NCBI GenBank assembly: GCA_013239625.1
Contig: MU053418.1
Span: forward strand, 310,001-374,000
Direction: 5' to 3'
DNA from: Lama guanicoe
Taxonomy: Eukaryota
Length of the DNA: 64,000 nucleotides
Both the position numbers and the translations under genes were made by a program. Shown in pieces: positions 23,901 to 38,900 of the stretch. The number at the start of each line of letters is the position of its first letter. Within the stretch, counting starts at the first letter, position 1. The notes under the pieces were generated by a model, which saw only the letters and a list, made by a program, of their open reading frames with translations, was not told where the DNA came from and did no database searches.

Positions 23901-26900
23901 TGTTTCTGAGGGCTCTTCACTTATGTGAACATCATGTGTAAGTATTTTCTTGAAATAATATACGGGATTCAGTTTTTACAAACTCAGAGTATTCCTTGAA
24001 TATCACAAAACCTTTCCATTGGTTGATTTGTTTCTTAGGAGTCCTAAGGCCACTTGGCTTTATTTTAATGGCCAAAATAGCAAGCAGAGTCAGGAAGCTT
24101 GCTCAGGTGGCTGTCCGGAAGCCACATGTGTTGTCTCTAAAATTTTTACTTATATTGCGTTGTAATGTCTTCTGTGGGTTGATTTCCACTAATATCTGGC
24201 TTATGTGAATTATTTTTAGTCAGAATTGGGTATTTGTATACCTATACATAGTGGGTGTTTTGGTTTTATTATAGTGATTTATGACTCCCACTAAAAATTA
24301 GTCTGAAAACGAGATTAGTTTATAATTCTAAGTATGTATAAATGCAGGAAAAAGTTTTTGGGGAAACTCACCTGCTGCCCTCCAACTAGCAGGTGGTATA
24401 TAGCATGGTAATTAAGTGCGATAGGACTACTGGTTTTGGGAAATCAATCTCTCTAAGCCTTAATTTCCTGATATCTCATAGGAGTTGTGATAATTAAATA
24501 CAATAGGACACACTATACTACTTACCACGATGTCTCATGGATAAGAAATATCAATAGAAGACCCCTGCTATTATGATCAATGTTGCTAGCTAACTATTTT
24601 CATTGTTGAGTGTTCCTCTAATCCTTGTGTACATGAATACGCTAACATGGTTACAGTCATAATACGTGTAAAGTTTTATATGTGCATTGTGAGCATTTCC
24701 TGTTTCTATATGTTCTCTTTATATAATCATCATTTTATTATTATTGATATATTTTAAGTTATCCATTTTTAGTACAGTTTTTCTAATTTTTTTTCACAAT
24801 TTCATAAATACTGCTGTTAAATAGCTTGATTGTTTTTTATTTCATCCCATAGTTTTGACATCTTGATGATTCTTCTTTATCAAGTATTGCATTGGTGATT
24901 TCAGAATGGCATTATTCTTAACGTGTTGTTCCTTCTCCATTTGTTGGCTGGCATTCTTTAACAAAGAGTTTAACTTACCACTCTTATTTTAGCATCACTG
25001 TTGACTAATGGACTTTATTAGAAAGTTTCATCTGTTATTATCCCATTACTATCATTATTTTTTGTGATGCCTTTAGTCTGTCTTTGTCCTTTTGGCATGG
25101 CCCTGTTAGCCCTTGCCTTCTTCTTGCTTTCTGACACAATAGGACGTTCCAGGCTTACTTTGTACTTTCCCTGCCTTGGACCTGGAGTCAGCCATTCCTC
25201 TAAGGATCTTCTGTTTCAAACTTGGAAATAATGAGTCTTCTAAAAGATCTGTTAAATACTCACTTCCCTTTTGAGCAATTTCTTTCTGAAATCGGACCTT
25301 TTTTAAAGATTATTTCTTTATTCTCTTCATAAATTCTTTTGAAGAGTGTGTTTTTAGGGAAATGTGCATGAGTTTGCCTATCAACTATTCCAGTATTGAG
25401 CAAATCGTTCCTCTCTGTGCTGTGTCATTTAAAACCATTTCTTAAGGTTATTATCTATCTCTTTGCATATTTATTGACTTCCATTTCTAGATTAGCCAAT
25501 TATTGTGCAATTTGAGTTCTGTTGCTTTCCTTTCTAATACAGGCTGTTGATGCCAAAAGAGGAAAAGCAGGTGGATTTGAAAACTGGGCGAGTGCGTCGG
25601 AAAGCCGTTTTTGGAGATGAAGAAGATGAGTCTGGAGACAGTGATGATGAAGATGATGAAGAAATGTCTGAAGGTGACAGGTTGGAAAATAGCTCTAGTG
25701 ATGAGACAGAAGAGGAGGAAGATGCTGAAATGACTGATAAACAGTATATGTCTGGTAAAGGTATCAAACGGCAAAAACTTGAGCTAGAAGAAGACGTGGA
25801 GGTGGATTTGCCAGCATTTGCCGATAGTGATGATGACCTTGAGAGAAGCTCAGTGGAAGAAGAAGCAGAGGAAGCCGATGAAAGCAGTGAGGAAGAGGAC
25901 TCCACTGCAGAGGAAGAGAGGGGTATTTTACAATCTAAGGCTGTCAGAGAAGGCACTAAGCGAGGACCATTACAAACTAATGGTGTGAGTGATAGTTTGC
26001 ATCTGGAGAAGTCTTTGACAGTGAAAAAGGCAGCCCTCACCACTTCAGATTCAGGCCATTGCACAGCTGAAGAGGCATTTGCATCCGAAGATGAATCTGA
26101 AGAAAACTCCTCTGTCAGTACAGAGGAGGAGGAGGGTTCAGAAAATGAAAAGATTATTAGGAAAAAGTTCCCACAGCCTTCTCAGGTGGTCAGTAGTCAG
26201 AAACTGGGGTCAGAGAACTTAACCGATGAGACCAGTGATATAGAAGACTTACTCAAAGAGGAAGAAGATTACAAGGAAGAAAATAACTATTCCACAGAAA
26301 CTTCAGGTGTGTTTAAATTTAATTTAACGGCCATTATAAACTTGGCCCTGAAAATGTTCTACAAACTGAATGTCTACATTTGAGGGTCTGCTGTTCTGGA
26401 GATTTTGTTAACTGTTCAAATATTGCACCTCATAAAGGGATTTCAGAATGAATGAGCACTGAGCTTGAAGCAGAGAGGACAGATAAACAGACTTAACCGA
26501 TGTTGGTGTTGGTCCTTTCAGGTGCCCTCAAGTGGAAGGAAGACCTGTCCAGGAAGGCAGCTGAGGCCTTTCTGAGGCAGCAGCAAACAGCTCCAAATCT
26601 TCGAAAGCTTATTTATGGGACAGGTAAAAGAAGCTCTGGTTCAGATCTAGAAACATTTTAGTTTCTTAGACTATTTTCTGAAAAGGGGGTGAGAAAATTG
26701 GTTGGAGGATTTGGGTGGTATTTTTGGTATCCATAAGATATTTCTGGCTGTCAAACTTTAGATCTGGCAGATGTTTTTAATCATCAGGTCATGAGGACCC
26801 AAAGTCAGTCATAAGAAATAGATTTGTGGGTTTGCCATAAAACTTTTGATGAGAATACTCTCCATTATGTAATTTTGTACCTCCTATACAAAGTCTTTCA

Positions 26901-29900
26901 TTAAAATTTTTGTAGAATTTAGTGCCAGAAAAATAATTCTGCCTATAAAGGCATTTTTTTCCCTTCTGGAGAATGAGCTCTGTGTTTAACTCATTCTCTT
27001 TCCCCCCTTTGCCCTTCTCTGATTTTGTATTTTATTAATACGTCTATATATTCTTTTTGAAAAGAGCTTGATGCAGTGATGCAAAAAATAAATATAAAGC
27101 GGTGAACCTGATATTGTGGTCCTTATTTTGTGATTAGAACAAGGCCAAGGAGTATATGTGAGCTAGGAGCATTTAATCGGAGGGTTGGTGTTTACTGATT
27201 TCCATTCAGGTTTTGCCTTAGTGCTGTTACTAATTAGAGACTCAGTGCCCTTCAAGAAGAACTCTTTATGATAATTGAAAACTCTGCCTTTAAGTGTCTC
27301 TTCCCTCCCCCAAGCCCTAGCATTCTCCCTCCTCAGTGCACACTTTGCTGCTGGCTTGCGGGAGGGCAGCTGCCCTCCAGACGTTGAGCAGGAGTTCCTT
27401 GGCCTTCTCTGTCTGTGGCTGATGCGCTCAGGGGCACCACCATACTTACCACAAACAGGGACCCTCAGTCCTGAGTCCTCTAGTGGGTAGATCTGTTCTC
27501 ACTTTTCTATCATGGCGGTTTCTTTAGTGACAGAGGATAATGAAGAAGAAGAAGATGGTGATACCAGGGAAGAGCTTGGAGGGTTGTTTCGTGTCAGCCA
27601 GCCTGCCAGAGAGTGTAAGCACAAGGCTGACTCTTTGGATTGCTCCAGATTTCACGTGGAGGCGCCCCATGACTGGGATTTAGAGGAGGTAAGGCTGAGT
27701 ATGAATATGTGACTTATGAGAGAATGAGGGAATTGTTCTAAAAGAAGATTATGTGATTTCAATATTGCCTGTTATTAGCTTCATATTTTTATGACACAGC
27801 AGGACATTTCTCCAGCAGTTGGAGTGAATGTTTCATGCATTCTAAGCAATAATATGTTCTGAGTTTAGTCAGACCATGTGCATGTGTTATGGAAAAAAGG
27901 AAAGTGTTCAACTCTTAGTGTGAATAGTATTATAAATCTTTATTTTGAAGCATTACACGTAAGTTTTCATACATTTGAGATACTTTGTGTTTAATAACTA
28001 GGAGATACCTAGTGTCCCAGAAGTTAACTTTTATAATTTCTACCATTTGTAAGCAAACAGCAATTCATGACAGTGGTAGATTTTCTTTCCCTGCTCACCT
28101 CTCTAGTCACACTGGAGAATTCATTCAGTTCTCAGACTTGCCACGTTTAATCCCATCTTGAATTTCTTGTGCTCTATTTTCTCTTCTGGAATGTTCTTCT
28201 GATCTTCCCAAGGCTGGCTTCTGATCATTCAGTTTAGCTGAAAGGTCACTCCTTTGGAAGCCTACTCACTATCATATTATCTATATTAATTCACTGGGTA
28301 GCAGTTTTATGCACTTTATGAGATTTTATGTAGCCATTTTTTATGGTAAAATTTAACACAGATTATACAAAACTGCATAAAAATAATTGTTTAACTTAAT
28401 GGATTATTAGGTGAGTACCTCTGTAACTCCATGTATCAACCCCAGTCATAGTCCTCTCCTCCCTGCAGAAGGAACAATGACTCCTATAGTAATCATTTCT
28501 TCTTTTCTTTATAACTTCATCTTCCAAGTATACATCAGTAAACACCAGGGTTTTTTTTAGTTTACCAGGTTATCTTTGTTTTTCTCTGCCTTTTAAGTCT
28601 CTTAATCTACAATATTCCCCTCCAGTCATCTCTTTTTTTTCCCCTTACCTTTTCACTTGTTTAAGAAACCAAGTATTTGATGTATAGAGTTTCTCATATT
28701 CTGGGTGTCCTGAGTTGCATCGCATCCCCATGTGCAGTTTGTCAGGCTCCACTCTTCTCTGTATTTTCTATAAATTGATACAGAGCAATACCAATAGAGA
28801 TGTCTGTGGTGATGGAAATGATCTGTAAAGAACTGTCCAGTGTGGTCATTTGTATATATTATTTAAAATACTGAGCACTTTAAATGTGGCTATGAGACAG
28901 AAAAACAAAATTTTTAATTTTATTTGTCTTATTTAATCTCAATTAATTAGAATGTAAGCTACCATGTAATAGTTGTAGCTACCCTATGGATAGCACATCT
29001 AGAAGTTTGATTAGATTTAGGTGTTTTTTTTGTTGTTATTGTTTTGTTTTCAAGACTACTTCCTAGGTTGTAGTGTTTTTTCATTAGGAGACACACAAAA
29101 TCACCTTGTGCTGTTAGCAGCTATAGATGTTCAATGCCTAGATCCATTAATTTATTAAGGATGTAAAATGGTAATATTTTGTTCAAATTTCTTTTCGCTT
29201 GTTAGCTGAAATACTTCTATAAAGAGAAACTTCTCGTCTACTATTTGGTTACCCAGTTCCATATAAGCAGTAAAAATACTTGATTCCTTTTTTCAGAATG
29301 ATTGTCCAAAGGTGACTTTTTTTTTTTAAGTTCTATTTTTAACTTGGATTTAAATATAGTTGATGTGTTTTCTGCCTCTGCACTTGTTATCGTTACTGAT
29401 GACCGTATTTGTCTCATCTGTGGCCAGTGGGAGTCTCTTCATATTGGCTCCTGAGTCCTTTTGACATGACCCTAGGAGTCCTTGACTGCTTTATTGCTGT
29501 CTGATAGGAAAAGATGTTCCAGCATCATCTTGTACATTTCTGATGCCATAAGAAGTCCTGATTGTTTCTAGGCCTCTTCAGTAACCAGAGCTGGGAGAAT
29601 TCATGTGTACATTTCCAATTCAGATTCAGGACTACAGGGTTTTTACTTAACCTCTTTTATCTTACATTTATATCTCTGTTTTTCCACTGGAGAATTATTC
29701 CCTGTTTGAATTGGAAGATGATTAAATTAGAAAGTTGTATAATTACTCATTTACTTTATCCCAGTTAACACACAGAAGTGTCTAGCATTACACTTGTTTC
29801 TATTGACTACTGAAAACAGGTGAAGTTTTTTCTTACACGTTCTCCCTTCTCTCTTTTCAAAAGTGGCTACCCATTTTGCATTCCCACCGGCAGTGTGCGT

Positions 29901-32900
29901 AGCTTCCGATTTCTCCACATCAGAAACTTGTTATCACCTATTTCGTTGTTGTTTTTTGTTGTTATAATCATTCTGGGAGGTGTGAAGCCATAACTAACTG
30001 CACTTTTGATTTGCCTTTTCCTGATGGCTAATAATGTTAGGTATCTTTCTTGTGCTTATTGGCCATTTGTATATATTATTTGAAGAAATGTCTATTTATA
30101 TTGTTTGCCCATTTAAAAAATTGGGTTGTCTAAGTTTAAGTTGTTTCTATATTCAGGATCCAAGTCCCTTATCAGATATGTGATTTACAAATATTTTCTC
30201 CCATTCTGTAGGTTGTCTTTTCTGTACCCTTTGAAGCACAAAGTTTTGAATTTTGATGAAATCTAATTTCTCTACATTTTTGTTGTTATTTGTATGTTTG
30301 GTATCATACCTAAAAAACCATTGCCAAATCCAAGATCAGGAAGACTTACTCCTGTGATTTTGTGCTTTGTAGTTTAGCTCTTAAACTTGGGTCTTTGCTA
30401 CATTTTGAGTTAATTTTTATATTTGGTGTGAGGTGAGTCCAACTTCATTCTCTTGCATGTGGATATCCAGTTGTCCTAGCACCATTTGTTGAAAAATCTT
30501 ATTCTTTCCCCCATTGCCTTGTCTTGGCACCCTGGGTAAAAATCACTTGGTCATAGATAGATAAATGGGCTTATTTATGGACTCGTAACTGTATTCCATT
30601 GAGCTATACAACTGTCCTTATGCTAGTACCATAATATTTGATTACTATTGTTTTGTAGTAATTTCTGAAATCAGAAAGTGTGAATCCCTTGACTTTTTTC
30701 TTTCAAGATTGTTTTGTCTTACCTGGATCCCTTGGGTTTTCTATATTTTATAATCAACTTTTCCATTTCTACAAAGAAACAAGCTGGGATGCTGATAGGG
30801 GTTATACTGAATCTGTATTTTGGATAGTATTGATATCTTACCATTGTCTAATCTGTTAACACCGATGCCTTTCCACTTGTTTAGATCTTTTCTTTCAAGA
30901 ATGTTGTGTAGTTACCAGAGTATAAACTTTGCACTTCTTTTGTTGGATTTATTCCTAGTATTTTATTCTTTTTTTGGTGCTATTGTAAAAGGAAGGGACT
31001 GTTCTGTGAATTTCATTTTTGGATTGTTCATTCCTGGTGTATAGAAATAAAATTTGTTGTTGTGTATTGATCTAGTATCTTGCAACCTTGCTGAACTCAT
31101 TTACTCGGATAGTTTTTCAGTGTGTTCCTTAGGAGTTTCTACATGTAGGATCATATCACCTGTGAATAGTGATAGTTTTTCTTTCTAAAATGGACATCTT
31201 TTATTTCAATTTCTTGCTTAATGGTCCTGGCTGGAAGGTCTGGTTCAGTGTTGAATAGAAGTGGTGAGAGGAGACATCCTTATCTTACTCCTGATCTTCA
31301 GGGGAAAGCTCCGTCTTCCACCATTAAGTATGCTACTAGCTGTGGGTTTTTCATGGATGCCCTTTATCGGATTTAGAAAGTTCCCTTCTATTCCTAGTTT
31401 GTTGAATACTTGTATCATAGAGGTCTATTTTTAAAACTTTATCTGGACCCCGGTTCCTTTAAGTCAACTATTGTTAACTTGCTTCCTAAAAGCAAGGATC
31501 TTCTTGGAACAGTTCACTGTTTAGTGCCCGCAAAGCTTGACCACAGAGTAAATATTCAGTAAATATTTAGTGAGTGATTATAGGCATGAAGGAATGAGTA
31601 AATGAGCGAATTTGCTTTTGCATCCATTATAATCATGCTAGCTTCAAGGCTGCTCTTTGAGAATGAGGTTGTGTATGAAAAATATGAATCATGATCAAAA
31701 TCTGATTGAAAGCCAGGACCTATGTGAAGATTTCTATATGTGTGCTTCTGAGGCCTTGGCAGTGAGTGACAAGTGCTGTCTTAGGTCAGGTTCCCCAGGA
31801 AACACTCTGAAACAGAGAGTTGTGTACAAGTTTTAGTCTATATTTGAGAGATGCGCCCAATGTCCACTTCATGTGTATATTGGATGATCTGGCAGATCTG
31901 GAACTGGGAACCTCATCAGTACTCTTTGCACTATTGTGCTCATATGAGACGTATTGTCTTTGTCAGAATATTATCATTGGCTACAGGAATTAAGTTTTCA
32001 AACAGCCGTGATAAGTCTGAAGTAACAAATTAGTTAATATCTGTTTGTTTACCCATGAAGTCAGTGGGCTAATCGTATTTTCCCTATCCACTGGTTAATG
32101 CTATGATATTTATGTTTTTATCCCTGTTGTTACACCATCTACATCAAGATAGAGCTATTTCATAGGGCCATCTGGAATGAGAATGTCCATAGAAGTGTCT
32201 CGAAAAGTATGTAAAGGGAAGCTATCACCTTTTGTTTCTCAATAGCAGTTATTTTGTTGAATGATTGGAACCTGTCAACTAAGTGCTGACTTTTCTGTAT
32301 AAGGTTATGAACAGTATCAGAGATTGCTTCGTGACTGGGAAGTGGGAAGAGGATAAAGATGCAGCCAAGATATTAGCAGAAGATGGTAAGTAAAGGGCTG
32401 TATTTTTCAGAGAAGACTGCCTTCTCTATATCTTATTTTCTTTCATATCTTTAGTAGTCAAGTTGAAAATAATAGTCATTTGTGAAATGCCTTGGGGAAC
32501 TCTGACAGCAGTAATAGTCTAGTTCCTCCTTTCATAACGATCTTATTTTCTCCCTCTGTTTAATGGACTTACTAGATATGGGCATTGAAGAAAAGTGGAA
32601 AGCTTTCCATGAATTTTATCATGCATTTGTTAAAAATAGTCATTCTTATATGTGTGGCGTGATTAGATTAGGTTAAGCATTTTGACAAGTAAGCATATAT
32701 ATGTAAAGGCTTCCTTAGAAACATTTTCAGTTTCTTCTATGATCGTTGGTCAAATCATTGGTTTTCTTCTAGTGTTGGTTGTAGTTTTTGTGTTTATATT
32801 TTAACATTTTCCTGAGCTATTCTTCATAATATTTTCTGACAAGATTTTTCACTGAAATTTCGAATTTATAATGGAATAAAGCTCTCATCTATTATTTACA

Positions 32901-35900
32901 TGTTCTCAATTCTAACATCATTCCTTTTTTCTTTTTTCTTTTTTTCTTTTTAGTTAGATTTGCAAGTTACCTATTTTGTTAGATCCATAACATTCGGATT
33001 TATTTTTTATTCTCCCATTTTTCTTATGATTAAAAAATTAACAAGGTCTTATTTTTCCTTTTACTTGTATTCGTTAGTTGTGGGATTAGAAACAGAGTTT
33101 TTTCATTTTGTTTTTAAGGAAAACACTTTTAAAATAAGATACAGCTTAATCTTCAACTTACTGTATTTTCTTAATTATTATACTTGTATCCATCACACAA
33201 AACAAGAATAAGAACATTTCTGTCACCCCCAAAATGTTTGCCTGTGCCCTTTGCAGTCAACACCCAACCCCTACCTCAGGCAGCCACTCTGGGATTTCTG
33301 TCACTATGGATTTATCTTGCCTGATCTTGGAACTCATACAAATGTAATCTGACAGTATGTATTCTTTAGTGTCTAGGTTCTTCCCCTCAACATAATGCTT
33401 TACTTTTTAATAAATCAACCTTGTTGAGACATATTTTACATACAATTAAATATACTTGTTTTAAGAGTATAGTTTGGCTAGTTTGGACAATTGTATATAC
33501 TCATGTACCACCACTACAATCAAGAAAAAAAGAATTTCCATCACAACAGAAAGCACCCGCAGGCCCCTTTGCAGTCAGTCCCTACTCCCAGTCACACCAG
33601 GCCCGAGGAAACCAGTGGTCTGCTTTCTGTCCCTAAAGGTTAGTTTTGGCTTTTCTAGAATTATATGAGAAAATGTACTCTCTTGTCTGTAGATGCTTTT
33701 ACTTAACATACTGTCTTTGAGATTCATTCAGATTATAGTTTGTTTCTTCTTACTGCTGAGTAAGTATTCTGTTCCACAGATGTGCCACAGTTGTTGATCT
33801 AAACCATGTGCACTACAGCTCTCACCAAAGCCCCACCTCCAAACCACCATTAACAGCCCAGCTCTTCCCTTTTCCCTCCCTGCTCTCCCAGGCTGTCTTT
33901 GAACTAGCTTGGGAAGTCTACCCTGCTGTCCCCAGGAGGTCTCATTATGTGCATCATAACTCTTTACATACCCTTTGGATTCATGCGTGTATCATCTGTC
34001 TCAGTATCCAAGCCAAATTTTCCCGAGTTCTTCCTGTCTCTACAGGTTGATCACAAAGTAAACCGCCCCACAGTTCTTCAAAGAGAACTCCAGCACTTGA
34101 TGACAGTTTCAGTGCACGTCCTAGTGGGTGTAAAATACTGTCTCATTGTGATTTTAATTTATAACTCCCTGATGACTAATGACATTGTCTTTTTGTGTGC
34201 TTATTGGCCAATTTAATATCTTCCTTTATGAGACCTCCATTTAAGTGCTTTGTCTATTTTTTTTAAAGAAATAAGTTTATGATAGTTTATATTTAGAGAA
34301 AAATTGTGAATATAAGAGTTCCCATAAACTTCGCACACAGTTTGCCCTATTAATATCTTACATCTGTATGGTATGTTTGTTAATGAACAGGATGCTAACA
34401 GAATCTTAAATCTCTGCCAGTTTGAGCACCTTTTTTGTATGTTAAAGGCCATTTATATTTCCTTCCATGAACTGTCTTTCAGTATGCTTTGCCCATATTT
34501 CTGTTCGGTTATTGTTGATATTTTTTCTTACTTATTTATAAGAATTTTTTTATGTATAAGAGAAATTAGTCTTTTGTGATATGAGGTCATTTACCCCCCT
34601 CATTTATCATTTGTATTTTAATTTTTTGATTCTTTTATGTGGAATTTTTTTTTGATGAAGTTAAATTTATGTTTTGCCTTAAATGGCTTTGGGATTTGTC
34701 TTATACTTAAAAAGTTCTTTAAAAAAAGATACATATATTTATATATATATAAAATATATATATCTTTATATACATATATAAAGAAAATAATTTCTCATTG
34801 TTTCTTCCAGTACTTCCTGATTTCCATTTTCTTTTTACATTTAAATCACTGATTCATCTAGTACTTATTTTAGTATGAGTTGTGAGGCATAGATACAGTT
34901 TTTTCCAGGTGGTCACAGGTTCTTTTGAATACTATTTATTCTTTTCTCAACTGAATAAAATGCCCCTGTGTTTTTTCCTTTTCTAAAATTTCTTTTTCTT
35001 TCTCTTTTTTTTAATTTTGGGGCAGGTGGGTAATTAGGTTTATTTATTTATTTTGATGGAGGTGCTGGGGATTGAACCCAGGACCTCGTGCATGCTTAAG
35101 CACATGCTCTACCACTGAGCTATACCCTCCCTGCTACCAAATGCCCTTTTTGTCATATTCTTAATTGATAGATATAGAAATCATTTTCTGGACTTTTCTA
35201 GTCTGTCACTGATTTCTGTTGGTCCATTCAGTATTGCTATGTTTAAAACCCTTATATAGCTTCAGAGTATGTTACTAAGACACCAGTTATTAAAACTGGC
35301 ATGGCTGGTTCCTGTCTCTCCCTGTCTGTGCTGTATTTTTTAGAATTCTTCTGACTATTCTCTCTTACTTATTTCTCCATAGGAACTTAAGAATCAGTTT
35401 TCTGTTTCCAAAAGAAAGTGTGGTAGATTCATGTCTTTTTTTAGGAGCAGTATTGAGGTTTAATGGATGTACAGTAAACTGTGCATATTTAAAGTGTACA
35501 TTTTGATAAGCTTTGACATTCATACACTATCACCACAATCAAGATAATGAACATATTTGTCACCTTAAAAATTTCCTCATGCCACTTGTTATCCCTCCCT
35601 CCTGTCCTCTCCTTGTCACCAAGTAACCACTTTTCTGCTTTCTGTCACTATACAAGAATTTGTACCCTAATTTTATATAAATGGAATCATATAGCATGCA
35701 CTCTTCTCTGTCTAACTTATTTTACTCAGCATAATTATTTTGAGATTCATCCATGCTGTTGCATTTTCGTTCCTTTTTATTGCTAAGTAGTTGATTTCTT
35801 TTTATTGGTGAGTAGTATTCCATTGTATAATGCACAACAGTTTGTTTTTTTGTTCACCTGTTGATGGACATTTATGTTATTTCCAGTTTTGGGCTATTAC

Positions 35901-38900
35901 AAGTAAAGCTACTGTGAACATTCTCGTACAGGTCTTTGTATGAACAACTGCTTTCATTTCTCTTGGGTATATATCTCAGAGTGGATTAAATGGATCAGAT
36001 GGTTGATGCATTTTCAATTTTTAAAGAAATAACTAAGTGTTTTCCTTCATGGTTGTACTATTTTGCATTGCCACTAGCACTTTATGAGACTTCCAGTTGC
36101 TCCACATTCTTGCCAGTACTTGATAAGGCTGGTCTTTTGAATTTTAGACATTCTTTTAGGTTTAGAGTGGTATCTCATTTTATTTTCTTAATGTCCAAGA
36201 TACTGAGCTTTTTTTTCGTGTGCTTATTTGCCATCTGTTTCTTCTTCAGTGAAGTGTCTGTCAGATCTTTTGCACATTATTTTAATTTGGTTGTTTGTCT
36301 TCTTAATGAATTTTAATTTTTAACATATTTTTGATACAAGTCCTTTATCACATGCAGTTTGCAATTATTTTTGCCCAAGGTATGGCAAAGACCATCAAAT
36401 ATGATCTGTGAATAAAGACAGTTTTACTTCTGTGCTATCTGGATGACTTATTCTTCTTGCCTTACCTTAGTACATTGGCGTAAACTTCCAGTACAGTGTT
36501 GATTAGAGGTGTTCAAAATAGACACTATACGTATTGTAATATCATACCTGCTGATACTAACATTTCACCACTTTGAGTAACATGTGGAAAACTTTCTATA
36601 TCTTCCCACTTAAAAATTTTTTTTAAATTATATAAGTTACAGATGTACAGTGTAGTGATTCACAATTTTTACAGGTTATACTCCATTTATAGTTATTATA
36701 ACATATTGGTTATATTCCCCATGTTGTACAGTATATCCTTACAGCTTATTTTGTACCTAATAGTTTGTATCCTACCCTATATTACCCCCCCTTCCCTCTT
36801 CCCACTGGTCGTCACTAGTTTGTTCTTTGTATCTGTGAGTCTGTTTGTTACATTCATTAATTTGTTGTATTTTCCTCACTTTTAAATACCATTGGCTTCA
36901 GTATTAGATGGTGGTATAATTTTTTTTTAATCATGATTTTAGAAATTAATAAGAAGACAGTCTGTTCTCTGTATCCATATTTCTGGTCTTTTTTTTTTTA
37001 ACGATTCCAGATTTCTCCTTTAATAATTTCCTTTCTGCTTAAGAGCTTTCTTTAGCCATTTTTTTAAGGGTAATTATGCTAGCTACAAATTCCTGTAGTT
37101 TTCCTTCATCTGAGAATGTCTCTGTTTCCTCCATTTCTGAAGAGTAGTTTCACTGGATATAGAATTTGGAGCTGACAGTTGTTTTCCTTCAGCACTTGAA
37201 AAATAATGCCATTTCCTTCTGGCCTCCAGGATTTCAGAGGACACACAGGCTGTCATTTTAAAAGTGTGCCCCTAGAGGTAATCTATCATTTCTTTCTGGC
37301 TGCTTTCAAGATTAAAAAAAATTTTTTTTTTTAGTTTTCAGAAGTTTGAGTGGTGTAAATTTCATTGGGTTTACTCTGAGATTTACTCAGCTTCTTGAAT
37401 CTGTAAGTTTATGTCTTTCACCAAATTTGAGGTTCTTCAGTCATTATTTCTTTCAGCCCCAGATTCCTCATAAGACTCTGATGATAGAAGTGTGTGGATC
37501 TTTTGTTTCTGTCCCACAGGTCCATGAGGCTCTGTTCATTTGTTTTTAGGCTGTTATCTCTACATTGTTCAGACTGAATGAATTCTATTATGTGGCCTCA
37601 AGTTTTCTGATTTTATCCTCTGTCTTCTCTACTCTTACTATTGAGTCCATCTACCCAGTTGTTTGTTTCTGTTACTGTGTTTTTTAGTTCTATAATTGCT
37701 ACTTGGTTCTTCAGTTTGTTGCTGAGGTTTTTAAGTTTTTGGTTCTAGCCATAAGATTTTTTGTTGCTTGTTGAAGCTTTTTTTTTTTTTTTGGCTTTTA
37801 TAATTTTATTTATAATGGCTGCTTTAAGATACTAGTCAGATAGTTCCAACATCTGATTCATTTCAGTGTTGTTTTCACTTGTCTTTTCACATTCAAATGA
37901 TAATTTTCCTGGTTCTGGGTATGACAGGTGAATTTTTACAGTATCCACACATTTTGTTTGGAGACTCTGGGTCCTATGTAATTTTTAAATTTTAGTAGGT
38001 AGTCATCCTGTTTAGGTTTAGTGTGCAGGTCCTGGTCTGCTTCGTGGGCTGTGGTTCCAGTGACAGTTTAGTTTCAGAGCCTTTGTGGTGCTGTTTTGGT
38101 CTGCTTGGTTTAACTGGTGCTGCTGGTCCCTGCTGGTGCTTTCTGAGGGAGCAGAGGAGTTTCCCCAGGCTGGGCCATCTGTGTAGCTTTCCTTCATCAC
38201 TTACTGTCAGTGGGATGCCCGATCCATCCCCCTTGCCAGTGCTGCTTGATTTACCTGGATTGCTGATGAGATCTGGTTCAATCTGAGGCAAGAATGAACC
38301 TATCCGGGCTGCCTTCTGTTGCTAGCTTGGGACTTGAGAGACACTGGTCCTGAGTTGCCTTTCTGTGAATTGTGATGTAATAAGATACAGGCCACTGTGT
38401 CATTCCTCTGGTCCTGGGGTCCCTCACCAGCCCATCCTTGCCTTTCCGCCTTTCAGATTGCTCCTTTGGTTATCTCATGCTCTTGCATTATTTCTGGAGT
38501 TGATGGTTATACATAGTCAGGAAGAACAGAGGAAAGTATGCCTATACCATCTTTCCCAGACTAGAAATCCTTGGTGGTTAATTTTCATTGCAACTGTGTA
38601 AAAGAGAGAATTAGAATGTTCATGATACTGAATCTCTCTTTCCAAACACATGTACTCTTTATTTGTTCAGTAGATAATATTAATAATGCCTCCTTCATTA
38701 TTGGGTTGTGTTGAAGAGTGTAGTTAAGGCATGTAAAGTTCTTAGAGCAGTGCCTGGTATGTGAAGCACTCAAAAGCATTAGCTATGTTATTCCTTGTGT
38801 TCTTTAAAGCATATTAAAGCTCTTACATTTTTAAAAATAAAGTTTCAGCACATTTATTTTTAGGCTTATTCCTAAATATTTTACCCTGTTTTGTTTTTAT

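Noticed and set aside
25534..26064. 176-aa serine-rich ORF on the minus strand
   Set aside because: Antisense shadow of the GAA/GAT-rich acidic BMS1 exon; no independent evidence
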